A DNA stretch of 64,000 bases from an uncultured Planctomycetota bacterium (GTDB lineage: Bacteria; Planctomycetota; Planctomycetia; Isosphaerales; Isosphaeraceae): assembly GCA_963737655.1 (NCBI GenBank), contig CAVTTN010000002.1:736001-800000 (forward strand), given 5' to 3'. Every line of letters starts with the position of its first letter. The stretch's first letter is position 1. The translations under genes were made by a program, and so were the position numbers. Shown in pieces: positions 10,700 through 19,713 of this stretch. The notes below the pieces were generated by a model. It was not told the origin of the DNA and ran no database searches. It worked only from the letters and a program-made list of their open reading frames with translations.

Positions 10700-11408
10700 C
10701 GGCGCGGACCCTCTCTTGATCCAGGGTTGATCAAAAGTCTTCGGACCACTCGGGGAGAGCGAGGCGAGGGACGGCGATCATCGCCCATCTTGACCCAATC
10801 GGGGGCGGTCCGCAATCCCCCGCCCCGACGGCCCCGAAATCGTTCGGTCGAGGCCGTCCCTCCATCGAATATGTCTTGCATCCTTGTCATCACGATGCTT
10901 CGTCGGCCGACGAACCGGCGGGCCTTAAATCCAGGATCCTTGATTCAACAATCTGCGTAATTTGCGTAATCTGAGATTGCAAAAGGTTCGTTCCGGATTC
11001 CCATTTGTTGGCATTTTAGGAAAATGTATTATGAATCGCATTCTAGGTCACTGATCGAAAAAGTTGACGACACAATCGACGAACTGGACAACACTTTTTG
11101 GCCAAAAACTCCGAAATGGGCGGAAATCCGGCCGTCTGGCGCTGCGCACCTGGTGCGCACATCGACCGAATCCACACGCTTTCCTATTTTACGTCATTTG
11201 GCCCAACCACCGGGCCATGAAGGACTTGCAGGAACGGGCCATCGCTCAAAAACGAAGGAATCCGGCGTCTAAACCCCCGACAATTCGCGTCGTTCGCGGG
11301 GCCGGCGCACGACCCGGGGATGTCGAGGTCGAGACGGACGATCGAGAATGGGTGATCGCGGGGGCCGGGCCCTCGCGATGATGAACTCCGACGGAACGAG
11401 CTTCGGAC

Positions 11409-12307
11409 TCATCGGCCGGCGACGGTCGGCGAGCGAAACGCGCCGATCAGGAGCCGCGATTCCGGGTGAGCGACCTTCCAGTCGCCCCAGGAGACGGCCG
11501 ACGCCCGAGCCAGGCGAGGCAGGAGCTCGCCCTTGTGACTCCCCGAAACCGCACGCAAACCCGTCGCCTCGGCGCTCCAGAAACTCTCCGTCCGCCGATC
11601 GAACAGCAGCGGGTTGCCGTCGATCAAATAGCCAGAATACGCCAAAATCAGCCGTTGATCCGTCCGAGCGGGATCGAAGATCTCGACGGCGACGTCATCC
11701 GGGACGAACGGGGTGAAGACGATGACGATCGGCCGATCCTTGACGATGTCGTTGACGACCAGGACCTTGCCGAGGATCTTCAGGGGGTACGCCAGGCGGA
11801 CTCCCTCGATCTCGGCGACGGCCACGACATCGCCGGACGGCACCTTGTCCCAGGTCGAGCCGCCGGCGCCTTCATGCATGGGCCAATCGATGGGGCGGAC
11901 GGTATCGCGGCCCCGGGCGTGCGAGAGGCGGGCCGGGTCGATCTCGCCGCGGGCTAGCCGGAACCATTGGTGCTTGTTGGCCTTGCGATCCCAGCCGGCC
12001 CAGAGCAGGGTGCGGTCCCCCTCGTCATGGCACCAGTTGGCGGGCATCTTCGCGTAGTTCGGCTGGGGGCTGACCTCGTCGTAATCGATGGTCCGGCTGG
12101 CTTCCTCTTCCACCCACGCCCGCTTCAAGCTCTGGTATTCCCGCCACAACCGGGGGAACTGCAAGCCGACGAACCCCAGGGCGATGGCCAGGCAGAGCAG
12201 GGCCACGGGCCGCGAGAGGGTCAACGTCAGGGCGCCTCGTCGTCGGGAACCGGGGCCGAAGTCGCCTCCGGGGCAGGCCCGGCGGGATCGGCATCTTCGG
12301 AACGCAT
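11409..12307 (-). CDS. DUF3179-type membrane-anchored protein (apparent frameshift ~12231)
   Basis: RDTVRPIDWP, RLAYPLKIL, VVNDIV, SGYLIDGNPLLFDRRTESFWS, VSWGDWKVAHPESRLL. GGAGG RBS before ATG 12307 (MRSEDADP...DEAP); one extra base joins to LTLTLSRPVALL. Confidence 0.8.
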
Positions 12308-12389
12308 CGCAACCTCCCCCCGGATTCTCCGGGATCGGCGGACGCCATTCGAGGCCAAACTTCGGGGCGATCTGTCGGTCGGTCGGCCC

Positions 12390-12418
12390 GTTATGACGCA
12401 CCCGGGGGGTGAAGTCAA
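12390..12418 (-). promoter_or_regulatory. candidate sigma70-type promoter for DUF3179 gene
   Basis: Minus strand TTGACT-N17-CATAAC. Confidence 0.45.
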
Positions 12419-12422
12419 CGAC

Positions 12423-12654
12423 GCAGTGGGCAGTGGACCGAGCAGTGGGCAGTGGACCGAGCAGTGGGCAGTGGGCAGTGGGCAGTGGGCAGAGAAGATG
12501 AGGAATATCGAAGGATCGCGACCCCTGCAGGTGCGCTTCCTTGACACTGAGCTTCCCCGACTTCTCTGCCCACTGCCCACTGCCCACTGCCCACTGCCCA
12601 CTGCTCGGTCCACTGCCCACTGCTCGGTCCACTGCCCACTATCTGGTCCACTGC
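12423..12654. repeat. inverted-arm element made of GCAGTGG heptamer tandem repeats
   Basis: Left arm 12423-12497: (GCAGTGG)2-ACCGA-(GCAGTGG)2-ACCGA-(GCAGTGG)4-GCAGAGAAG. Right arm 12561-12654 is the reverse complement with one extra heptamer and a degenerate outer unit. Spacer is 63 nt. Confidence 0.95.
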
Positions 12655-14658
12655 TCATCCCATCTGCCCGGCTTCCATCTCTCCGGTGGCAAACTGGTTG
12701 AATTCGACGTACTGGATGTGCCGGTAGAGCTTGCTGTGGGCGTGGACTTCTCGGGGGGGTCCGTAGGCTTCGACCCGGCCGTTGTGGAGGACGAGGACCT
12801 TGTCGCATCGCAGGATCGTCGAGCGGCGGTGGGGCAGGAACAGGACGGTCCGGCTCGCGGCGAGGCGATCGACGGTGTCGTCGATCATGTGCTTGGTATC
12901 CTCGTCCATCGAGACGTCCGGCTCTTCGAGGATCACGATCGAGGGGTCGTGGAGGAAGGCGCGGGCCAGGGCGATCCGATATTGCTCGTGGGGTCCGAGG
13001 TAATGCCCGAGACTGCCGATGGGCGTGTCGTACCCGTCGGGCAGATCCTGGATAAAGTGGTGGGCATGGGCGATCTTGGCCGCCTCGATGATCCGAGGCA
13101 GGCCGTAGCTCGGGTCGCCCAGGCCGATGTTGGCGAAGATGGTGTCGTTGAAGACCAGGTCGGCCTGGAGGACCATCGAGACCTGAGCCCGGAGCGATTC
13201 GAGGGTCACGTCGCGGAGGTCCAGGCCGTCGATCCGGACTCGTCCCTGCTTCGGGTCGATCAGGCGGGGGATCAGGCAAGCCAGGGCGTATTTGCTGGCC
13301 TCGTCCAGGCTGAGGATGGCCGTCCTGGACCGTGCGGGGATCTCCAGCGACACGCCCGAGAGCAGAGGCCGGCCGTTGGGGCCGTCCAGCGACACGTTCT
13401 CGAAGCCGATCCGATCCTTGATCGGCGCCAGGAATTGCGCCCGACGGTCTGCTGGAGGTCCGGGCGCTGCTCCAGGTATTCGAACAGGGCCTCGGCCGAC
13501 CTCCCGGCCTGGCGAAGCGTCTTGCGGAGATCCAGCCACGCGCCGAGAGGCCCGGTCATCCCCACCGCCACGCCGAGCAAGACCGCCGCCCCGGCCGGAG
13601 ACAGCCGGCTTCGGAACACGAGGTAACCGAGCAACCCCAAGGCGATCGCGGCGGCCATCCCTCGGATCAGCAGGACCCCCGGGGCCGGGCTGACCTCGGC
13701 GCGGAGCCTCCGGGCGTCGGCTTCCTGGTAGCGTCCGAGGTGCTCGTCGAACCTCTGGCGGTCGATCTCTTCCATCCCGTGGACCCGGACGGTCCGCAGC
13801 ATGGCGAGGTCTTCCTGGAGGAGCAGGAGCCTCACGGCGGCATCGCGAGCCGCCGCCTCGGCGTCCTCGGCCGCCCGTTTCAGGACGGGCCGCTCCACCA
13901 GGTTCACCAGGGCCGCCAGGGCCACCAGAAAGACCGTGGCTTGCCACGACACGACCAGGCCGATCACCAGAAGGCCCACGGCCAGGGTCGGGATCGACCA
14001 CGAGCGCTCCAGGTCGGCGAGCAGGCCGAGGCGAACTTCGTTGACGTCCCGGGCGAAGAGGTCGGCCGCCGGGCCCGTGCCCTCGCCCGGGAGGGCCGAC
14101 CGGCCGAGCCGATATATCTGCCGGTGGAGCTGATGGCGGAGGGACCACGCCGCCGATCCCGCCGCATCGGCCGCCTTCGCCCGACAGGCCGCATGCGCGT
14201 AGGCAATCCCGAGCAACAACGCAAGTGCAATCGCGATCAGGGTTTGCAATGCGCCAAGATCCGTTCGCAGGAGCGGGACCCGGCGGATCACCTGGCCGAA
14301 GGCCCGGGCCAATCCTTGATGGATCGGGTTCTTCGACTCCCGATCGGCCTCGACCAGCGGGTAGAGGCCCGTATTGGAGATGACCAGCGGACGGCTCACC
14401 TCGCCGGGAACCTGGTGAAGCTCGTGGATCCGATAATACAACCACGCGGGCGTGCCCCGGTGAGCGATCGTCGCGACTCGCTCGCCGGTGAGCCGGGTCA
14501 TCCCGGACGAGGCGCACAAGGCCACGAGCAATCCCATGATCACCAGCAAGCCCAGGAGCAGCAGGGCCCGCATCACGGCCAGACCCCTCGCCATCCAGAC
14601 CGCCCCGGATCGGGCGCTCGATCAGCTTGCGGGCTCGGCGGTAAGCGGCCGGAAACAT
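12655..14658 (-). CDS. ABC exporter (TMD + NBD) with degenerate nucleotide-binding motifs (apparent frameshifts ~13440 and ~14612)
   Basis: TMD helices in ORF 13272-14594. NBD fold in ORF 12655-: IGFENVSL, GRVRIDGLDL, SLRAQVSMVLQ, RIALARAFL, ILEEP, CDKVLVLHNG. Probable start MFPAAYRRARKL at 14658. Confidence 0.88.
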   Translation of the reverse strand: MFPAAYRRARKLIERPIRGGLDGEGSGRDAGPAAPGLAGDHGIARGLVRLVRDDPAHRRASRDDRSPGHARVVVLSDPRASPGSRRGEPSAGHLQYGPLPAGRGRSGVEEPDPSRIGPGLRPGDPPGPAPANGSWRIANPDRDCTCVVARDCLRACGLSGEGGRCGGIGGVVPPPSAPPADISARPVGPPGRGHGPGGRPLRPGRQRSSPRPARRPGALVVDPDPGRGPSGDRPGRVVASHGLSGGPGGPGEPGGAARPETGGRGRRGGGSRCRREAPAPPGRPRHAADRPGPRDGRDRPPEVRRAPRTLPGSRRPEAPRRGQPGPGGPADPRDGRRDRLGVARLPRVPKPAVSGRGGGLARRGGGDDRASRRVAGSPQDASPGREVGRGPVRIPGAAPGPPADRRAQFLAPIKDRIGFENVSLDGPNGRPLLSGVSLEIPARSRTAILSLDEASKYALACLIPRLIDPKQGRVRIDGLDLRDVTLESLRAQVSMVLQADLVFNDTIFANIGLGDPSYGLPRIIEAAKIAHAHHFIQDLPDGYDTPIGSLGHYLGPHEQYRIALARAFLHDPSIVILEEPDVSMDEDTKHMIDDTVDRLAASRTVLFLPHRRSTILRCDKVLVLHNGRVEAYGPPREVHAHSKLYRHIQYVEFNQFATGEMEAGQMG

Positions 14659-14683
14659 GCGGGGCCTCTTGCACGTAAAAAAA

Positions 14684-14733
14684 GTGGGCAGTGGGCAGTG
14701 GGCAGTGGGCAGAAAGCAGTGGGCGGTGGGCAG
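14684..14733. repeat. solo GCAGTGG heptamer tandem array
   Basis: AGTGGGCAGTGGGCAGTGGGCAGTGGGCAGAAAGCAGTGGGCGGTGGGCAG, directly upstream of the ABC exporter start. Confidence 0.9.
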
Positions 14734-14810
14734 GGCCATTTTCGATGGGGCCGGGCCGGACTCGATCCTCGGTCTTCCCCGCCCGGGCATCAGGACTGGG
14801 TCAAAAAGAA

Positions 14811-14864
14811 GAAGGACACCGAGAGTACACAAAGACGGCCTTTGTGCTACCCTCCGTGTCCTTC
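14811..14864. repeat. imperfect hairpin, GAAGGACAC/CACAAAG family
   Basis: GAAGGACACCGAGAGTACACAAAG-ACGGC-CTTTGTGCTACCCTCCGTGTCCTTC; shares units with the hairpin at 38294-38431. Confidence 0.75.
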
Positions 14865-14896
14865 GTGGGGATCGATGCGCGATTCGGCGATCGGGC

Positions 14897-15724
14897 TCAG
14901 GCCACGTCGCGATTCTCGAAGAGGAGGAACGCGAAGAGCAGGGCCGCTCCACTATACAACGCGCAGTAGCCCATCGACGGCAGGACGTAGGCGACCCAGG
15001 GGATTTTCGAGCCGGTGGAGATCGCCGGCCCGGTGTTGAAGAACTCCAGGCTGGGCAGGGCCCAGGCGAACAGCTTGGCCATGAACTTGACCAGCTCGTT
15101 GACCGACGCCCCCGCCTCATTCGTCTTATCCACCAGCACTTGCGACATGTGCCCGAGGAAGAAGATCGTGATGCAGACGACCAGGTTGACCAGCATCGGC
15201 ATCCGCGTGGAGATCGCCAGGCTGATGCTGGCCAGGATCGTGACCTCCATGAACCCCAGGACCAGCCCCGGCACGATCTGCCAGACGTGGGCCACCTTCT
15301 TGGCGAATTCCTCTGTCGTCCCGGCCGACTCCTTCATGTCGTAGTCGGCCTTGAAATACGTCCCGGCCATCATCAGCAGGCCGAGCAAGAGGAACATCGC
15401 CAGGACGCCGCCCTCGATCCCCAGGAACTTGCCCACGATGAACTGACGCCGGTTGATCGGCTTGGACAGCAGGGTGACCGCCGTCTTCCCCTCGATCTCC
15501 TCGGCCACCGTCGAACTCGACGTCAACAGCGCCAGGATCAGCGTGATGAAGGTCACGGTCGCCAGGCCCGTGTCCTTGTACATCTTGATGTCTTCGTTGA
15601 ACGTGTAGTACGGCAGGAAGATCGTGACCACCAGCACGAGCAATCCCAGGCCGCCCAGGACCAGGAACGCCGGCTGGCGGATCGCTTCCAGGGCGGTCGC
15701 CCGAGCAATGGTGAGGGTCTTCAT
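14897..15724 (-). CDS. ABC-2 type transporter permease
   Basis: IARATALEAIRQP, EEIEGKTAVTLLSKPINRRQFIVGKFLG, about 6 TM helices, C-terminal FENRDVA. Confidence 0.88.
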   Translation of the reverse strand: MKTLTIARATALEAIRQPAFLVLGGLGLLVLVVTIFLPYYTFNEDIKMYKDTGLATVTFITLILALLTSSSTVAEEIEGKTAVTLLSKPINRRQFIVGKFLGIEGGVLAMFLLLGLLMMAGTYFKADYDMKESAGTTEEFAKKVAHVWQIVPGLVLGFMEVTILASISLAISTRMPMLVNLVVCITIFFLGHMSQVLVDKTNEAGASVNELVKFMAKLFAWALPSLEFFNTGPAISTGSKIPWVAYVLPSMGYCALYSGAALLFAFLLFENRDVA

Positions 15725-15811
15725 GGGTCGGACGCTTCGTTTCGCCAGGAGAAGGGAAGGATTACGCCGGTCGATCGATTCGGGCGCGCGGATCGGCGCC
15801 CCGGATAGGCT

Positions 15812-16090
15812 CTAGTAACGAATCGAGAAGCCCGAAGGTTCGACCGATTCCGGAGAAATCGCCGAACTCGTCGCCCCACCGATCAACCCCGAGAATTCCC
15901 GGTCGATCGCCCCCAGGAAGGCGTCGAGCTCCGCCTCCGCGCCCCGGGCCACCAGCTCGACCGTCCGATCGGGCAAATTCCGCACAAAACCGCTCACCGC
16001 GAATCCATTCGCGAGTCGAGCGGCCGTCGCGCGGAACCCCACGCCCTGGACCCGGCCTTCGTAAATCACCCGTCGGGCCGATTCGTTCAT
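15812..16090 (-). CDS. acyP: acylphosphatase
   Basis: GRVQGVGFR and GFVRNLPDRTVE signatures, ending FSIRY. Confidence 0.93.
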   Translation of the reverse strand: MNESARRVIYEGRVQGVGFRATAARLANGFAVSGFVRNLPDRTVELVARGAEAELDAFLGAIDREFSGLIGGATSSAISPESVEPSGFSIRY

Positions 16091-16298
16091 GAACCTAGTG
16101 TAACTGGCGAAATTGGGTCGGGGCAAGACGGCCCGAAGATCGATCCCGGGGCGGTTCGCTTCGCGACGGTGGAGAAATTCCTGGGAGGAACGGGTCCCGG
16201 CTTCAAGAACCGAGACGGACAGACCGGGGTTTCGAAGACGGAACCCGTGCCAACTAAAATGTTTGCGGCCTCTCGGCCTGGAATCGGCCCTGGCCCGG

Positions 16299-16937
16299 TC
16301 AAGGCGTCGTCTTGATCGCGATGTTGCGGAATTTGACGGGTTCGCTGTGCGACTGGAGCCCGATATAGCCTTCGGGGCGTTTGATGCCGGGGTGGGTGGC
16401 CTCGGCGTCGGCGTGGTCCTTCAGGTCGGTCTCGACGACCAGGTTGCCGTTGATCTTGACCGAGACCTTGGACCCCGTCGCGGTGATCTCCATCGCGTTC
16501 CACTGGCCGGCGGGCTTGACCGATCCCCGCTTCGCGGCCGACACGCCGTAGACCGAACCGCAGTACTGGTAAGGCTTCAGGTCCTTGTACCGTTCGGAGT
16601 CGTCGTCGAGCACCTGGATCTCCATCCCGGTGTAGGCGGGATCGCCGGAGTGGGGCGAGCGGATGAAGACGCCGGAGTTGCCCCCCGGTTCGAGGAGGAA
16701 TTCCAGCTTCACGGTGAAATCGCCGTAAGTCTTGACCGTGCTGAGCCATCCACCGCCCTCACCCTTCGTGACGAGGACGCCGTCCTCGATGACCCAGTTG
16801 CCGGACTTGCCGCCGACGGACTCCCATCCGGTCAGGGTCTTGCCGTCGAACAGGGGGGTGAAGCCGTCGTCGGCCGCTCGGGCCAGGGCCCCGGAAAAAA
16901 TCAGGGCGGCGAGCGGGAGGGTCGCGGAACGTCGCAT
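16299..16937 (-). CDS. exported DUF1080 (3-keto-disaccharide hydrolase-like) protein
   Basis: Signal peptide; GFTPLFDGKTLTGW, GNSGVFIR, EIQVLDD, GQWNAMEI, GYIGLQSH, VKFRNI. Confidence 0.92.
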   Translation of the reverse strand: MRRSATLPLAALIFSGALARAADDGFTPLFDGKTLTGWESVGGKSGNWVIEDGVLVTKGEGGGWLSTVKTYGDFTVKLEFLLEPGGNSGVFIRSPHSGDPAYTGMEIQVLDDDSERYKDLKPYQYCGSVYGVSAAKRGSVKPAGQWNAMEITATGSKVSVKINGNLVVETDLKDHADAEATHPGIKRPEGYIGLQSHSEPVKFRNIAIKTTP

Positions 16938-17213
16938 GGATACGGGCCTCGCGGTCTGCGGATCTCGGGGGAGGACGCGCGATTTTGACGCGCCGGAGCC
17001 GGCCATTCCAGGGGTCTCTGAAGCGGGGGAATCGGGCCGACGGGCCGGTCGATGACATTCGCGACGCCGGGTCTCGCCGATGTCAACCTCGGGTCCTCGC
17101 GAAATCGGCGGCGCGGTTCCCGATGGGCGCGGGGTCGCCCAGCCGTTACCATGCCTTCCCGGATGTCGGCCCGGACAGGACCCGGGCGGCGGCGAGGCGG
17201 AGAGACCGGACCG

Positions 17214-17633
17214 ATGGATCGACCCCCCACCATCCTCCTCGTCGAGGACGAGAACGGCCTGAGGACGCTCGTCGCCCAGTTCCTGAGGTCGGCCGAGTAC
17301 GCCGTGGTCGAGGCGGCCGACGGCCCCGAGGGCGTCGCCCGGTTCGCCGATAGCGGGCCCTTCGACCTGGCCCTGCTCGACGTGAACCTGCCGGGATACT
17401 GCGGGGTGGAGGTCTGCCGGAGGATCAAGACCCAGAGCCCCGAGCAGCGCGTCCTGGTCTGCTCGGCGGCGATCGTCCGGGAGACCGAAGACGCCTTCCT
17501 GGCCATGGGCGTCGATCGATTCTTGACCAAGCCGTACCATCCCGAGGTCCTGCTGGCGCACATCGCCCGTTTGCTCCGCCCGCCTCGGCCCGTGCCCGGC
17601 CCGAGCTTCCTGCCCGGGTCGCTGCTGGTCTGA
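17214..17633 (+). CDS. stand-alone response regulator receiver
   Basis: ILLVEDE, ALLDVNLPG (phospho-acceptor D), FLTKPY; no output domain. Confidence 0.92.
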   Translation: MDRPPTILLVEDENGLRTLVAQFLRSAEYAVVEAADGPEGVARFADSGPFDLALLDVNLPGYCGVEVCRRIKTQSPEQRVLVCSAAIVRETEDAFLAMGVDRFLTKPYHPEVLLAHIARLLRPPRPVPGPSFLPGSLLV

Positions 17634-17659
17634 AACCAACCCCCGGGGGGGCTTCCGGC

Positions 17660-18256
17660 ATGGCGTTCGAGGTCGAGATCAAGTTCCGGGCCGCCGACCT
17701 GGACGGCCTGGCGGCGCTCCTGATCTCCCTCGGGGCCAATCCGGACGCCCCGGACCGCCCATTCATCGACGCCTACCTCGCCCACCCGGCCCGCGATTTT
17801 GCCCGGACCGATGAGGCCGTCCGCCTCCGCCGGATCGGCGAGGAAAACCGGGTCACCTACAAGGGCCCCAAGCGACCCGGGCCGACGAAGACCCGCGAGG
17901 AGATCGAAATCCCCTTCGCCCCGGGGGATTCGGCGTTCGAGGAGATGCTCAAGCTCTTCGAGAGACTCGGGTTCCGGCCGGTGGCCCGGGTCGAGAAGGC
18001 CCGCCGGGCCTTCGCCCTGAAATTCGCCGGCCGCCCCCTGGAAATCGCCCTGGACCGCGCCGGCCCACTCGGAAACTTCGCCGAGATCGAGGCGCAGGCC
18101 GAGAACGACGACGACCTCCCCGCCGCCCAGGCCGCCGTCGTGGGCCTGGCCGGGCGGCTCGGCCTGTCCGAAGTCGAACCCCGGTCCTATCTTCGGATGA
18201 CCCTGCAACTCGCCGAGTCAACTCGGAATGAGGGGATGGGACCGCGGAACGGGTAG
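17660..18256 (+). CDS. cyaB: class IV adenylate cyclase / CYTH-domain protein
   Basis: EVEIKF, DAYL.HP.RDF..TDEAVRLR, VTYKGPK, TREEIE, VEKAR, LGNFAEIE. Confidence 0.85.
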   Translation: MAFEVEIKFRAADLDGLAALLISLGANPDAPDRPFIDAYLAHPARDFARTDEAVRLRRIGEENRVTYKGPKRPGPTKTREEIEIPFAPGDSAFEEMLKLFERLGFRPVARVEKARRAFALKFAGRPLEIALDRAGPLGNFAEIEAQAENDDDLPAAQAAVVGLAGRLGLSEVEPRSYLRMTLQLAESTRNEGMGPRNG

Positions 18257-18447
18257 CTGGCGCGGATCGAGCCGCTCGGGATCGTGAGCCTCCGCGGTTT
18301 CTTCCCCGTTTGCTCGAACTCGGAAAACCGAGGGGATTCGGATGGTCGTTCTTGAGGGATTCTGCTAGGAATTCGGCCCCCGACCCGGGCCGCGACGATC
18401 CGACCCGCCCGGACTCACCGAGACTTCGTTTCGCATGGAGGTGCGCG

Positions 18448-19356
18448 ATGGATCGCCGCCGGTTCACCCCTTCGCCCGAATCCCTGGATGATCGCGTCCT
18501 CCTGAGCGCCTTCAGCCTGACTGGCAACACCACGACGTCGGCCGTCCAGGCGAAGACGGTGCGGATCGACCGGATCGGCCACGCGCTGGACACCCTCCAA
18601 CCCGGCCGGATCGTCCCGGAACCCCTGGTCAACAACCTGAAAGCGGACCTCACCGCCGTCCGGGGGAAGCTCCACGCGCCGACTCCGATGCCCTGGTGGC
18701 CGTGAACCTCCAGTTCCGCAGCGTCGAATCGGAGGCGACGGTCAGCGTCCAGGGCGCGGCCGCCCTGCGGAGCACGTTCGGGACGGCCCTGAGCCAGGCC
18801 GGCGCGTCGCCGACGCAGGTCACCAACCTCCAGAACGACATGGACGGGCTGGTGGACCTGGACAGCAATGCCCAGTCCCCGACGCTGGTGGCGGCCAACG
18901 ATTACGCCCTGATCCTCCAGACGGCCCTGGGCGTCGGCCGGCCGATCCGCACGCCCTCGGTCCCGAGCCTCTCGCAGGCCGACGACACCGGGATCAAGGG
19001 CGACCACATCACCTCGGTCCTGCAGCCCCACCTCGTCGGCACGTACGACCCGAGCACCACGATGTCGATCATCGACCAGTCGGGCAACGTCCTGGGAAGC
19101 GCGGCGGTGGCGACCAACGGGCAGTACTCGGTCCAGTTCGCCAAACCCCTGACCGACGGGACGTACTTCGTCCGGGTCCAGGCGACCGACCAGAACGGCG
19201 ACACCAGCTTGCCCAGCCGGGTCGTGAAGATCATCATCCGAACCCCGGTGACCCCGGCGTCCAAGGCCGCCGCGGCCGTGATCGCCACCACAGACCACGA
19301 CGACCACGACACCCTCAACGACCAGCCCAGGCTCGACCGGGACCGTCGGGTTCTGA
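18448..19356 (+). CDS. secreted protein with planctomycete leader and bacterial Ig-like domain (apparent frameshifts ~18680 and ~19292)
   Basis: MDRRRFTPSPESLDDRVLLS leader; DDTGIKGDHITS..PHLVGT...LTDGTYFVRVQATDQNG Ig-like unit; Thr-rich tail ending GTVGF-stop at 19356 in another frame. Confidence 0.75.
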
Positions 19357-19574
19357 CCCGGGCGGTTTCCGGCTCGAGGGACGGTTCTTGGGAAGCGTTC
19401 CGGGTGGCACGAGTTCCGTCCTCGGAACCCGTGCCGCCCAGGATCCCATCCTCGCGGCCAGGTGTTCGGGGTCAGGGCGACGGCCGTCGGGTTCAGGGCG
19501 CCCCTGGCGCTCCTCGGACCGGGAGTTGCAAGCGAAACTCCCGGCGCCCGAGGGGTTTCGCGGACCGATTGACT

Positions 19575-19604
19575 TTGACAGGTCCGCCCGAAATGCCGTA
19601 TGGT
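19575..19604 (+). promoter_or_regulatory. candidate sigma70-type promoter for MMPL gene
   Basis: TTGACA-N18-TATGGT about 110 nt before the ATG. Confidence 0.5.
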
Positions 19605-19713
19605 GCGTCGGGATCGGCCGAGAGGGGAAGATCCGGCCGGGGCGGATCTCGGGGCCGTCTCGCATGCTCGGGGTCGCCTCGTCCCCGTCCTCCGAGGGAG
19701 CCCGGCACGCCTC

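Noticed and set aside
10920..11270. Replication origin
   Set aside because: AT-rich, but no clear TTATCCACA DnaA-box cluster and no dnaA, dnaN or par genes nearby.
12423..12654. CRISPR array
   Set aside because: Units are 7-nt tandem repeats with an invariant 5-nt linker, no unique spacers and no cas genes.
16189..16251. Imperfect inverted repeat ACGGGTCCCGGCTTCAAGAACC...GGTTTCGAAGACGGAACCCGT
   Set aside because: Too degenerate to assign; may be a decayed REP or terminator.
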